Source: Gemmata obscuriglobus
GTDB taxonomy: Bacteria; Planctomycetota; Planctomycetia; Gemmatales; Gemmataceae
Direction of reading: 5' to 3'
Assembly: GCF_008065095.1 (NCBI RefSeq)
Contig: NZ_CP042911.1
Location: forward strand, 7,020,001 to 7,052,000
Length of the DNA: 32,000 nucleotides
Shown here: positions 6,725-15,602 of the stretch, piece after piece
Position numbering within the stretch: position 1 is the stretch's first letter
How the letters are laid out: each line of letters begins with the position of its first letter
Made by a program: the position numbers and the translations under genes
Notes under the pieces: generated by a model
Seen by the model: only the letters and a program-made list of their open reading frames with translations
Told to the model about the DNA's origin: nothing
The model's database searches: none

Positions 6725-8884
6725 TCACTTCGCCTTTTGCGCGGCGGCGACCAGTTCGGAGCAGTGGCCCTCAAGGTCGCGGTTGCCGGTGCGGCGGGCC
6801 GCTTCCAGCCCGCCCTCGGCGAACTGGAGCGCCTTCTCGCCGTTCTTCAACCGCAGCATGTCCTCGGCGGCGCTGGCGTAGAACTTGCCCTCGTCCGGGT
6901 GCGCGGCCAGCAGGGCGCTGTACTCCGCCGCCGCTTTTTCCGCATCCTTGGCCTTCACGAACAGTGCGATCTTCCGGAGCTGATAGTCCGTCCCCCGCTG
7001 GCCGCCGTTGTGCTCGGCGTCGTACTTCGTGCCCTCGTCGATCAGCTCGCCGGCGCGGGCCGTGTCGCCGTTGGCGGCGGCCCCGGTGATGGCGGTCGCG
7101 TACAGCCGGTACCGGTCCGGGTTGGCCGCGTCGAACGGCTTCAGCAGCCCGGCCTGTGCGAACGCGACGGCCAGTTCGTGCGCCTTCAACTTGACGGCCG
7201 CCAGCATCGCCTGTTCGAGCTCACCGACCGACAGGGTCGCCACGTCGAGCGCCGCCAGTTCGGGCGTGTTCATGGCGCCGATGTCGCGCTTCTTGGGCGC
7301 GGGCGCCGGGGCCGCGGCTTGCGGGGCCGGGGCGGGCTCGTCCTTCTTGTCCTCGGGCACGTGGACCTTCGGCGGGTCGGCGGTCACGTACTCCAGGTTC
7401 AGTTTGTGGCGCAGGTTCGCGAAGTTGTACATCTCGATGGGCACGACCTCCTGCCCCACCTGCTTGCTGGGCGCCGCCAGCTTCAGGCTGTCTTCGAGGA
7501 ACTTCACCACCCCGAACACGTGCTTGCGCAGGACCTTGCTGCCCACCGCCTCGATGGGGGCGTTGCCGCTCAGCGCCTTCAGCGGGCGGTGGAGCCAGAC
7601 GCCTTCGAAGTAGTTGGCCGCGTGGTCGCGGAGCTTGGCCTCGGCCGCGTTCAGGTCGCCGCTGGCGGTCGGCTGGGCCATCGCCTCCAGCACCACGTCG
7701 CGGAAGTTGAGCGGGTTCTGGCCGGCGACCGGCTGCTCGACCGCGAGCTGCAGCGCGGCGTAGATCTCGTCGGCCGCCTTCGCCACGGACTCGCGGTTCG
7801 GGTGGCTCAGGAAGATCGACCCGTTGCTCACCACCAGCCGCGCGGCGATCTTGGCCATCGTCACCGCCCCGACCGCCAGTAGCGAGGGCAGCTCCTCGAC
7901 CAGCAGGCCGAACAGCATCCCGCTCTCCTGGTCGGCGCGCATGTTGCGCAGCTTGCGCGCCTGGTCGTAGGCGCGGAGCAGGTTCATCACCGCCTGCGCG
8001 TCGCGGATCCGCAGGACGAACGTGTGCGAGATGTGGTCGGTGTCGTTCTCCATCCCCGCGCCGCAGCGGAGCACCTCCGCCAGCGCGCCGGCCTCTTCGG
8101 CGCGGTGGTCGTCGGTCTCGAACTCCAGCGACTTGACCAGCGCCGCGACGGCCCGCGGCTGCTCGCCCAGCCACGCCAGCACCAGCCCCAGGTTGAACCA
8201 CGCGGCCGGGTCGTCCGGGGTGAGCTTGGTGAGGTCCTCGAACGCCTTGCGCGCGTCGGACAGCTTCCCGGTCGCGGCGGCCTCGGGCACCGGCTTCGCG
8301 GTGGGCCGGAACTTGTACTTCTTGGACGCCGCGGCCGGGTACGGCCCTTCGGGGCCGAACTCGACCTCGAACTGCTGCCGCAGCTCCGCGTCCGTGGGCT
8401 GGAAGTGGATCACCCGCTCCAGCGCCGCCCGCGCGGCGACCGGCCGGTTCAGCACCGTCGCCTCGTACTGGTAGATCTTGAAGTACACCTGCGCGAGCTG
8501 GTCGTGGGACTCGGGGTCGTAGGCCTCGGCGGCCTTGCGGAACAGCAGCAGCGCGCCGAGCAGCTCGCCCTCGTTCTCGCGGAACTGGCCGCGCAGGAAG
8601 TGCGCCATGCCCGAGTCCGGGTTCAGCCGCAGGGCCTCGTCGACGGCCTCCTCCGCCTTATCGGGCTGCTGGGCGTTGTACAGGAACTGCGCGTAGTACC
8701 CCCACACCGACGGGTTGTCCGGGCGCGCCTTGGTGAGCCCCTGCATGGTCTGGAGGGCCGCCTCGTGTTGCCCCTGCCGCTCCTGCTCGAACGCCTTCTC
8801 GACGGTGTCGAAGTACGAGGCGCAGCACCACTTAAACTTCTTACCGCTGCCGCACGGGCACGGGTCGTATGGCTGGGGAGGCAT
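6725..8884 (-). CDS. SEC-C metal-binding motif + TPR repeat protein
   Basis: N-terminal MPPQPYDPCPCGSGKKFKWCC is a SEC-C motif, followed by TPR-like helical repeats. The start is chosen at comp. 8882-8884; the track ORF extends to 8962. Confidence 0.75.
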   Translation of the reverse strand: MPPQPYDPCPCGSGKKFKWCCASYFDTVEKAFEQERQGQHEAALQTMQGLTKARPDNPSVWGYYAQFLYNAQQPDKAEEAVDEALRLNPDSGMAHFLRGQFRENEGELLGALLLFRKAAEAYDPESHDQLAQVYFKIYQYEATVLNRPVAARAALERVIHFQPTDAELRQQFEVEFGPEGPYPAAASKKYKFRPTAKPVPEAAATGKLSDARKAFEDLTKLTPDDPAAWFNLGLVLAWLGEQPRAVAALVKSLEFETDDHRAEEAGALAEVLRCGAGMENDTDHISHTFVLRIRDAQAVMNLLRAYDQARKLRNMRADQESGMLFGLLVEELPSLLAVGAVTMAKIAARLVVSNGSIFLSHPNRESVAKAADEIYAALQLAVEQPVAGQNPLNFRDVVLEAMAQPTASGDLNAAEAKLRDHAANYFEGVWLHRPLKALSGNAPIEAVGSKVLRKHVFGVVKFLEDSLKLAAPSKQVGQEVVPIEMYNFANLRHKLNLEYVTADPPKVHVPEDKKDEPAPAPQAAAPAPAPKKRDIGAMNTPELAALDVATLSVGELEQAMLAAVKLKAHELAVAFAQAGLLKPFDAANPDRYRLYATAITGAAANGDTARAGELIDEGTKYDAEHNGGQRGTDYQLRKIALFVKAKDAEKAAAEYSALLAAHPDEGKFYASAAEDMLRLKNGEKALQFAEGGLEAARRTGNRDLEGHCSELVAAAQKAK

Positions 8885-9037
8885 GTGTCGGTCCACCTTT
8901 GGGGCGCGGAGCGGTCGGCGAGCGGTGCGGCCCGGCGCGTGCCGGCCGTTCGTTACGGGCAAGAAGCGCCGGTGCCGCCACTCGTTCGGGTTCAGGATAG
9001 GGGATCGGGTTACGCCTGAAAACGGCCGGGGGCGAGT

Positions 9038-9065
9038 TTGACAGTTCCAAAAGGCGCCCTAATTT
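9038..9065 (+). promoter_or_regulatory. Putative sigma70-like promoter upstream of the kinase-like gene
   Basis: TTGACA (9038-9043), a 16-nt spacer, then TAATTT (9060-9065), about 120 nt upstream of the ATG at 9183. Planctomycete promoter rules are poorly known. Confidence 0.25.
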
Positions 9066-9182
9066 TGCGTACCTGCGCTCCGCTCCGGTGAGACGCGAAA
9101 TCCGTCGCGCGGGCCGAAACCGTACCCGCGACCACTACGCCGGCCGCAGCGCACCGGCACACTCCGTAAGGACGATTCTCAA

Positions 9183-10781
9183 ATGGTGACGAGCGACCTC
9201 GGCGCGTGCGAGTGGTTCGTGTGGGACCTGCGGCGCAGCGGGCTGATCGACCGCGGACCCCTCGACCAGATCGTGGGCGAGTTCCTTAAGCGGAACCCCC
9301 GTGCCGAAGCCCCGGCGCTGGCCGAGTTCCTCGTCGACCAGGGCACCCTCACGGCGTTCCAGGCCGAGCGCATTCTGAACGGCAAGAGCCAGGGGCTGGT
9401 GCTCGGGCCGTACGTGCTGCTGGACGCCATCGGCTCCGGGAGCATGGGCCAGGTGTACAAGGCCAGCTCCAAGAACGACAGCAACTTGTACGCGGTCAAG
9501 GTGTTGCCGCGGCGCAGCATGTGGAACGTGCGCCTGGCCCGCCGCCAGGTGCGGTCGTTCGCCACGTTCGAGCACCCGGCCGTGGTCCCGTTCGTGGACG
9601 TGGGCACCGCCGGGGGGCTGCACTACCTCGCGTGGCCGCTGGTCGAAGGCACCACCCTCGAGTCCCTGATCCAGCACCACGGCAAGCTGGCGCCCGCCAC
9701 CGCGGCGCTGTACGCGGTTCAGGTGGCCCAGGGGCTCACGGTGGCCCACCAGAACAACCTGTTCCACGGGCTGGTGAAGCCGTCGAACGTCATGATCGGC
9801 AGCGACAACCAGGCCCGCATCCTCGACTTCGGCATCGGCTCTTTGCTGGTCGAGAACGAGGGCGAGAGCCTGGTGGACACCATGTCCACCGCCAACACGC
9901 TCACCAGCGGGCTGGACTGCGCCAGCCCCGAGAGCATCATGGAGCCGACCAACCGGACGCCGGCGGGCGACCAGTACAGCCTCGGGTGCGTACTGTACTA
10001 CGCCCTGACCGGGCACGTGCCGTTCCCCGAGGGGTCGGCGGTCGAAAAGATGATGGCCCACCAGACGAAGGAACCGACGCCGATCCGCGAGCTGGTTCCG
10101 AACGTGCCGGCCGGGCTCGCGGCGGTTGTGCAGCGGCTCATGGCGAAGCCCCCGGAAGAGCGCTACAGCGGGTGCGACGAGCTGGTCGAGGCGCTGGAGC
10201 CGTTCCTGGACGACCTCAACCAACTGAACGGACCGGGCGGCAGCGGCGCCCGCACGCCCCCCGGCAGCCAATCGGGCGGGCGGATGCCGGGGCTGGGCGG
10301 GCGGTCGAACCCGGGAACGAAGATCACGCTGCCGAGCCGTTCGGGTCCGGGGAGTTCGGGAACGCGGTCCAACCCGGCGTCGAGTTCCATGATCGTGCCC
10401 CCGAGCGCACAGACCCCGCAGCCGCCGGCGTCCCGCGGCGGCGTGCCGAGCCGGGCGTCGTTCAACCTGCCCGCGGTGAGTGACGAGACCGAAGGCGGCG
10501 CGGCCGCCCGCTCGCACACCCCGCCGGAACTGGGCCGCCCGATGCCGAAGCTGCCCACCCGCGGCGCGACGACCGGGCGCCCGGAGCCGACCCGCCCGGC
10601 CCGGCCTGCCAAGCCCATGCCGCCCCCGGAGCTGGAAGAGCTTCCGGACGCGGAACCGGCCTGGGCCGAAGAAACCGTGGAGCGCCGGACGAAGGGCAAC
10701 GCCGGCACCATCGGGCTGATCGCGGTTGCCGTCGTGCTGATGGTGATCGTGTACATCGGTGCGACGCTGCTGATGAAGTAG
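9183..10781 (+). CDS. Ser/Thr protein kinase-like protein, predicted pseudokinase, C-terminally tail-anchored
   Basis: Kinase-fold motifs present: GSGSMGQVY, AVKVL, ILDFGIG, SPESI. The catalytic loop reads FHGLVKPSN (9765-9788 from the His codon) instead of HRDLKPxN. A P/S/G-rich tail follows, ending in a terminal TM segment IGLIAVAVVLMVIVYIGATLLMK. Confidence 0.85.
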   Translation: MVTSDLGACEWFVWDLRRSGLIDRGPLDQIVGEFLKRNPRAEAPALAEFLVDQGTLTAFQAERILNGKSQGLVLGPYVLLDAIGSGSMGQVYKASSKNDSNLYAVKVLPRRSMWNVRLARRQVRSFATFEHPAVVPFVDVGTAGGLHYLAWPLVEGTTLESLIQHHGKLAPATAALYAVQVAQGLTVAHQNNLFHGLVKPSNVMIGSDNQARILDFGIGSLLVENEGESLVDTMSTANTLTSGLDCASPESIMEPTNRTPAGDQYSLGCVLYYALTGHVPFPEGSAVEKMMAHQTKEPTPIRELVPNVPAGLAAVVQRLMAKPPEERYSGCDELVEALEPFLDDLNQLNGPGGSGARTPPGSQSGGRMPGLGGRSNPGTKITLPSRSGPGSSGTRSNPASSSMIVPPSAQTPQPPASRGGVPSRASFNLPAVSDETEGGAAARSHTPPELGRPMPKLPTRGATTGRPEPTRPARPAKPMPPPELEELPDAEPAWAEETVERRTKGNAGTIGLIAVAVVLMVIVYIGATLLMK

Positions 10782-10836
10782 CGGGGGCGGCGCGGTTGAC
10801 CGGTCGATTCCGACCACCTCCATCCGAACTCAAGCG

Positions 10837-10862
10837 CAGGCCAGGGGCACACCCCTGGCCTG
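10837..10862 (+). terminator. Hairpin downstream of the kinase-like gene
   Basis: 11-bp stem caggccagggg / cccctggcctg with a 4-nt loop, 56 nt after the stop. The following U-run is weak. Confidence 0.45.
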
Positions 10863-10977
10863 TTCGCGTTCGAGGCGCGACAACACGACCGCCGAAGTCG
10901 GGCGTGATATTTCTTGCGCCGGCCGCCCCTCAATTCGGCATTAACATCGGGTAGCCTCTCAGTCCGAAGGAGCCGCG

Positions 10978-13900
10978 ATGCCGCGCCTCGAGTTCCGTCG
11001 CGCAACCGCGCTGTGCCGACTCGGTTCCAACGCCGCACGGCCCACCGATGCCGAACTGCTCGCCCGTTTCGCTGCCGACCGCGACGAGGCCGCGTTCGCG
11101 GAACTGGTTGTGCGGCACGGCCGGCTGGTGCGCGGGACGGCCCGCCGCTGTCTCGGTGACGTTCACGCGACCGAAGACGTGTGCCAGGCCACGTTTCTGG
11201 TCCTCGCCCAGAAAGCCGCAGCAGGTCCGTGGGGGCCGACCGTCGGCCCGTGGCTGCACGCGACCGCGGTCCGGCTGGCCCGGAAAGCCGCCCCGCGAAT
11301 ACCCGTTGCGGAACCGACCGACGGCCCGGTGTCCGAACCGGACCCTCACACGGCCGCCGCTTGGAACGAGATCTGCTGGGCGCTGGACGAAGAACTTTCA
11401 GCACTACCCGAAAGCGTCCGCGGCCCGCTCGTGTTGTGCTACCTCCAGGGGCACACGCGCGATGCAGCCGCGGCGGCGCTGGGGTACTCGCTCGCCATGC
11501 TCAAGCGACGGCTGGAGCGCGGTCGCAACCTGCTCCGCGACCGGCTGGCGCGGCGCGGGATCAGTCTGCCCGCTGCTGGCGTCGGCGTGCTGGCAACCGA
11601 ACTGGTGACCGGGGCGACGGATGCGTCGCAGCAGGCCCGCGCCGCGGTCGCCTATCTTGCGTCCGGCCGTGCTCCCGTTGCCCTGTCGGGACTTCTCGGC
11701 GGCGGGGGCGGCCGGTGGAAGGCGGTCACACTCTTCGCGAGCCTGGTCGCATGCGGGATGGGTCTGCTCGGAGCCGCCGGGCGCCCGGACGAGAAAACGG
11801 CCGCGACCGAAACAAGCGGCCCAAAGGGGGCTCAGAAATCGGCCGAACGCATCGACCGGTTCGGCGACCCGCTCCCGGCCGGTGCTCTGGCGCGGTTCGG
11901 CACGGGCCGCCACCGCGCCCCGGGCGCCCACGTTGCGGTAACACCGGACGGGAAAACGGTGGTGACCGCTGGCGACGATCTGATCGTCCGAACCTACGAC
12001 GCCGTCACCGGCGCGGCGCGAGACGTTCGCGCGCTCGACGGACCGCTGACTCACGAGACGGCACTGGCGGCCGATGGCCGGTACTTGGCAGGGGCGGCGT
12101 TTTCGGCATCACGTAAAGCCGAGATTCGCGTGTGGGAACTTGCGACCGGAAAGCTGGTCGGTACGCTCCCGCTCAGTGGAGACGCGGTCCGGGGCCTTGC
12201 GGTACATTCTGGCGCGACGAAAGTGGCCTTCATCTGCGGACCGGAAACCGACCCACCGTCTCTGCGAAAAGTGTGCGTGTGGGACTTTGTAAAAGCTGGC
12301 GAGCCGACCGAACTGGGCAGTTCCAAACCGCTGAATGTCCGATACGGGGAGCCCCGGAACCTGTTCTCGCCAGACGGAAACCTGCTCCTGACCCATCAGC
12401 AAGATGGGCAATTGGTTTGCCGGGATCTTGTGAACCGAAAGACACTTTGGCAGAAGAAGCTTACCAACATCAGATTTTTCTTTTTCGCACCCGACGGCAA
12501 GAACGTGGTGATCGCCCCGAACGGGTCCGGGTTCGAGTTCTGGTCTGCGGCGGATGGGAGCAATGTGGCGGGAAAGGCGTGGGACGGTACAGGGGTTCGC
12601 GACCCATACAACCACGGCCCGGTAGCGGTATCGGCCTCGGGTCGACTCGTTGCCCTGTCCCACGGTTTACGGCGTGTGGTCCTGTACGACACGGTCAAGC
12701 GGGCCGTCGTTCGGGAACTAAACGCCCCTCGCCTGACACCGGACGAGGCCGTGTTGATGTTCTGGAAGGTGCCGACGACGTTCGCCTTCACCCCGGACGA
12801 AACCGGGTTCGTTTGGCGAGCGCCGACCGTTCAGCGGTGGGACGTTGCGACCGGAAAGGCGATGTGGCCGGTCACCTGGGATCAGGGGCACACCGAAGCC
12901 GTCACCCGGCTGCTGTTCGCACCCGGCGGTGCGGCCCTCGTATCCGCGGCGGCCGACGACTACCACTACGTCTGGGATCTGGCATCGGGCCGTGCGCAGC
13001 AGCGGATGCTAAAGGACTTTGGGGATCTCATGGCGTTCACGCCCGACGGGCGCACGCTCATTACCTCGAACGATGTCGGACGCGATCCTCTGAAAGTTTG
13101 GGACCTCGCATCCGGGACGGGAGCCACGATTCCGAAAGGCAGCGCGCCCCGTACCCAGTACGTTTCGGGCAGGTGCCTGCAGGCGACGGTGACACCCGAC
13201 GGAAAGCGGCTCGTCACCCTGACGTATAACGGCATCGCAGGCGAGCGGACGCCGCCCGGGCACTATCTCACGGTGTGGGACCTGGCCGAGCGAAAGGTTG
13301 TTCGCGAGGAACAGGTCAGCGGCAGCGGGCGCGAGCCGATTATTGCACCGGGCGGTGAGGTGTGCGCGATCATCCCCCCAATCGACGAACACCCGGGAGC
13401 GCGCCTGATTGCTACTGCAACTGGAAAGGAAATCGGGCGGTTGACCGAGCGGGATTTGTTGAAAGGTGGCCTTTCAGGTCAGCCCCTCGAACTGGTTTTC
13501 TCCGCGGACGGCCGGACCGTGGCCACGCGGGTGACCGACGACAGCGGTACGGCCGAGTCGGTCGGGGACTCCCCGGTGAAGTTGTGGGACATCGCAACCG
13601 CCCGGGCGTTCGCCCAGTTTCCGACCACGGGCGCGGCCCGGTTCTCCTTTGCCCCCGACGGCAGAACGCTGGTGATTGCCGGGAGCAGCGGGTTCCGGAC
13701 CTACGAGTTGGCCACCCGAAAGGAAGTTCACGCCGTTGCCGCCGGCTCAACGCCCCGGGTGCGGCCGTCCGATCCGTTCGCCACCGCGCTGGCCGTCGGA
13801 CCGGGCGGGCGGACCGTCGCGACCGGACACATGGACGGAACGATCCTGCTCTGGGACGCAACCCCGTTCCGAACCGCACTCGAACCGGCGGAAGCAGGCG

Positions 13901-14379
13901 CCGCGTGGGACGCACTGAAGAAAGCCGACGCCGGCGCGGCGCGGGTGGCCGTGCTGCGCCTCATCGACGCCCCGGATCTCGCGCTGCGATTGTTCGAGGA
14001 GCGGCTCAAACCGGCGGCCCCGTCGACGACCGCGCCGGCCCTCGTCCGCCAGCTCGACTCGGAAGACTTCAAACAGCGAGAAGCCGCCGAAACGGAGCTG
14101 CGGGCGCTCGGCAGCCGGGCCGAACTGGCACTCACTGCGGCGTTAACCGGGCAACCGTCGCCCGAGTTGCGGAACCGGATCGCGCCGTTGATGAACGCCC
14201 TGTCGCCGACCGCGGCCGTGAGCGGTGAAGATCTGAGAGACGTTCGGGCGGTGGAAGTGCTGGAAGGTATCGGAACGCCCGCCGCCCGAAAAATGCTCGA
14301 CCGACTGACGACCGGAGAGCCAACAGTCCGGCTCACGCGAGAAGCCAAGGCCGCTGTTGCACGCCTCGGCGGGCGATGA
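10978..14379 (+). CDS. ECF-type sigma-70 family domain fused to a TM helix and WD40 beta-propeller repeats
   Basis: N-terminus: DAELLARFAADRDEAAFAELVVRHGRLV (region 2-like) and LPESVRGPLVLCYLQGHTRDAAAAALGYSLAMLKRRLERGRNLLR (region 4-like). A hydrophobic segment WKAVTLFASLVACGMGLLGAAG follows. After it come about 850 aa of repeated ..FSPDG/FAPDG..VWD.. units. AAGGAG lies 5 nt upstream of the ATG. Confidence 0.85.
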   Translation: MPRLEFRRATALCRLGSNAARPTDAELLARFAADRDEAAFAELVVRHGRLVRGTARRCLGDVHATEDVCQATFLVLAQKAAAGPWGPTVGPWLHATAVRLARKAAPRIPVAEPTDGPVSEPDPHTAAAWNEICWALDEELSALPESVRGPLVLCYLQGHTRDAAAAALGYSLAMLKRRLERGRNLLRDRLARRGISLPAAGVGVLATELVTGATDASQQARAAVAYLASGRAPVALSGLLGGGGGRWKAVTLFASLVACGMGLLGAAGRPDEKTAATETSGPKGAQKSAERIDRFGDPLPAGALARFGTGRHRAPGAHVAVTPDGKTVVTAGDDLIVRTYDAVTGAARDVRALDGPLTHETALAADGRYLAGAAFSASRKAEIRVWELATGKLVGTLPLSGDAVRGLAVHSGATKVAFICGPETDPPSLRKVCVWDFVKAGEPTELGSSKPLNVRYGEPRNLFSPDGNLLLTHQQDGQLVCRDLVNRKTLWQKKLTNIRFFFFAPDGKNVVIAPNGSGFEFWSAADGSNVAGKAWDGTGVRDPYNHGPVAVSASGRLVALSHGLRRVVLYDTVKRAVVRELNAPRLTPDEAVLMFWKVPTTFAFTPDETGFVWRAPTVQRWDVATGKAMWPVTWDQGHTEAVTRLLFAPGGAALVSAAADDYHYVWDLASGRAQQRMLKDFGDLMAFTPDGRTLITSNDVGRDPLKVWDLASGTGATIPKGSAPRTQYVSGRCLQATVTPDGKRLVTLTYNGIAGERTPPGHYLTVWDLAERKVVREEQVSGSGREPIIAPGGEVCAIIPPIDEHPGARLIATATGKEIGRLTERDLLKGGLSGQPLELVFSADGRTVATRVTDDSGTAESVGDSPVKLWDIATARAFAQFPTTGAARFSFAPDGRTLVIAGSSGFRTYELATRKEVHAVAAGSTPRVRPSDPFATALAVGPGGRTVATGHMDGTILLWDATPFRTALEPAEAGAAWDALKKADAGAARVAVLRLIDAPDLALRLFEERLKPAAPSTTAPALVRQLDSEDFKQREAAETELRALGSRAELALTAALTGQPSPELRNRIAPLMNALSPTAAVSGEDLRDVRAVEVLEGIGTPAARKMLDRLTTGEPTVRLTREAKAAVARLGGR

Positions 14380-14506
14380 CCGGGTTTCTGGAGCGCGGGC
14401 GTCCCGCCCGCTTGGCTTCGCGGAAGGATCGGCTTCGGGTAACCCGCGCCGCCAATCCGTGTGAATCGCAAGGCGGGCGGGACACAAAGATTACATCATC
14501 ACACAA

Positions 14507-14555
14507 AAGCCGCGCGGGCGCCCGGACCAATCAGGTCCGGGCGCCCGCGCGGCTT
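14507..14555. terminator. Bidirectional hairpin between convergent genes (ECF-WD40 and rpoZ)
   Basis: Perfect 22-bp stem aagccgcgcgggcgcccggacc / ggtccgggcgcccgcgcggctt with the 5-nt loop aatca. Confidence 0.55.
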
Positions 14556-14597
14556 GAACGTCTTTATTCGCGAACGAGCGGCCGTTACGGGCCGAAA

Positions 14598-14909
14598 TCA
14601 CTCGTCCGACTGCTTGGCCGTCGAGCCGGGGGCCGGCGGGGTGGCGCCGGGCATACCCGGGTACGCGCCGGGCAGGTTCGCCATCACCGTCTGGTTCTTC
14701 GACTGCACCTCGCCGGACGCGTCCAGGTAGATTTTGTCCTGGAGGATCTCCTGGATCACGACCGCCATGCGGTCCGGCAGGCCGCGGGTGTCCACCAGCG
14801 GGGTGGCCTTGTTGTTCAGCGCGACCATGCGCTTCTGGATCAGCGTGGACAGCTTGAACCGCCCGCCCACCTTGTTCACGATGCCTTCTTCTTTCAGCTC
14901 GTCGAGCAT
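14598..14909 (-). CDS. rpoZ: DNA-directed RNA polymerase omega subunit (likely)
   Basis: A small protein starting 10 nt downstream of gmk, matching the conserved gmk-rpoZ synteny. [31 protein letters not shown] resembles omega N-termini. Confidence 0.6.
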   Translation of the reverse strand: MLDELKEEGIVNKVGGRFKLSTLIQKRMVALNNKATPLVDTRGLPDRMAVVIQEILQDKIYLDASGEVQSKNQTVMANLPGAYPGMPGATPPAPGSTAKQSDE

Positions 14910-14919
14910 GGTCGCACCC

Positions 14920-15501
14920 TCAGCAGTGGAATTTTTCGCGAATCACGTGGTCCAACTCGCGAACCGCGGCGTCGAGGTCGCGGTTCACGATTCGGTGATG
15001 AAACTGGTCCGCCTGGGCGAGTTCCATCCGGGCCGTTTCGAGCCGGCGCCGGATGCGCTCCTCACTCGTGTCGTTCCGCCCGCGGAGCCGGGCCTCCAGC
15101 TCTTCCATGCTCGGCGGGGCGATGAACACCGACAGGTGGTCGTCGGGCATCAGCGCGCGGACGCGGCCGGCGCCCTGAACGTCGATCACCAGGATCACCC
15201 CGGTCCCGCCCACCCGGTACGGGTCCACTTCCGAACGCGGGGTGCCGTACAGGTCCGTGCCGAACACCTCGGCCCACTCCAGCATTCGGTCGTCGGCGAT
15301 CGCCCGGCGGAACTCGTCCTGCGTCCAAAAGTGGTAATCCACCCCGCCCTGCTCGCCCGCGCGTTTGCCGCGGGTGGTCGCGGTGACCGCCCGCCGGAGC
15401 TTGTGGCCCGCACCCGCGAGCAGCCGGTCCACGAGGGTCGTTTTCCCGACGCCGCTCGGCCCGGAAACGACGATCAGCGGCGCCGGTGAAGGTGGGAACA
15501 T
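14920..15501 (-). CDS. gmk: Guanylate kinase
   Basis: P-loop [13 protein letters not shown], followed by TTR..R.GE..G.DYHF and EWAEVFG..YGT. Confidence 0.9.
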   Translation of the reverse strand: MFPPSPAPLIVVSGPSGVGKTTLVDRLLAGAGHKLRRAVTATTRGKRAGEQGGVDYHFWTQDEFRRAIADDRMLEWAEVFGTDLYGTPRSEVDPYRVGGTGVILVIDVQGAGRVRALMPDDHLSVFIAPPSMEELEARLRGRNDTSEERIRRRLETARMELAQADQFHHRIVNRDLDAAVRELDHVIREKFHC

Positions 15502-15602
15502 TGCCGGTTGGTTCAGGTTGCGGATGTCGATCGAAGGAACTCGCCGGGGCGTCGCCGCGTTTCAACCGGCGATCACAAATATCAAACCGCCAATTACCCA
15601 TT

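Noticed and set aside
10795-10826. tRNA-3'-end-like string ggtcgattccgaccacctcca just after the kinase-like gene (possible tRNA fragment or att site)
   Set aside because: The stem ggtcg/cgacc closes a 4-nt loop rather than a 7-nt T-loop. No acceptor, D or anticodon arms can be drawn upstream, because that sequence is coding. No integrase is nearby.
10163-11404. 413-aa minus-strand ORF bridging the kinase-like gene, the spacer and the ECF gene
   Set aside because: It has low-complexity R/P/G/S composition. It is antisense to two motif-bearing genes and reads through a terminator hairpin.
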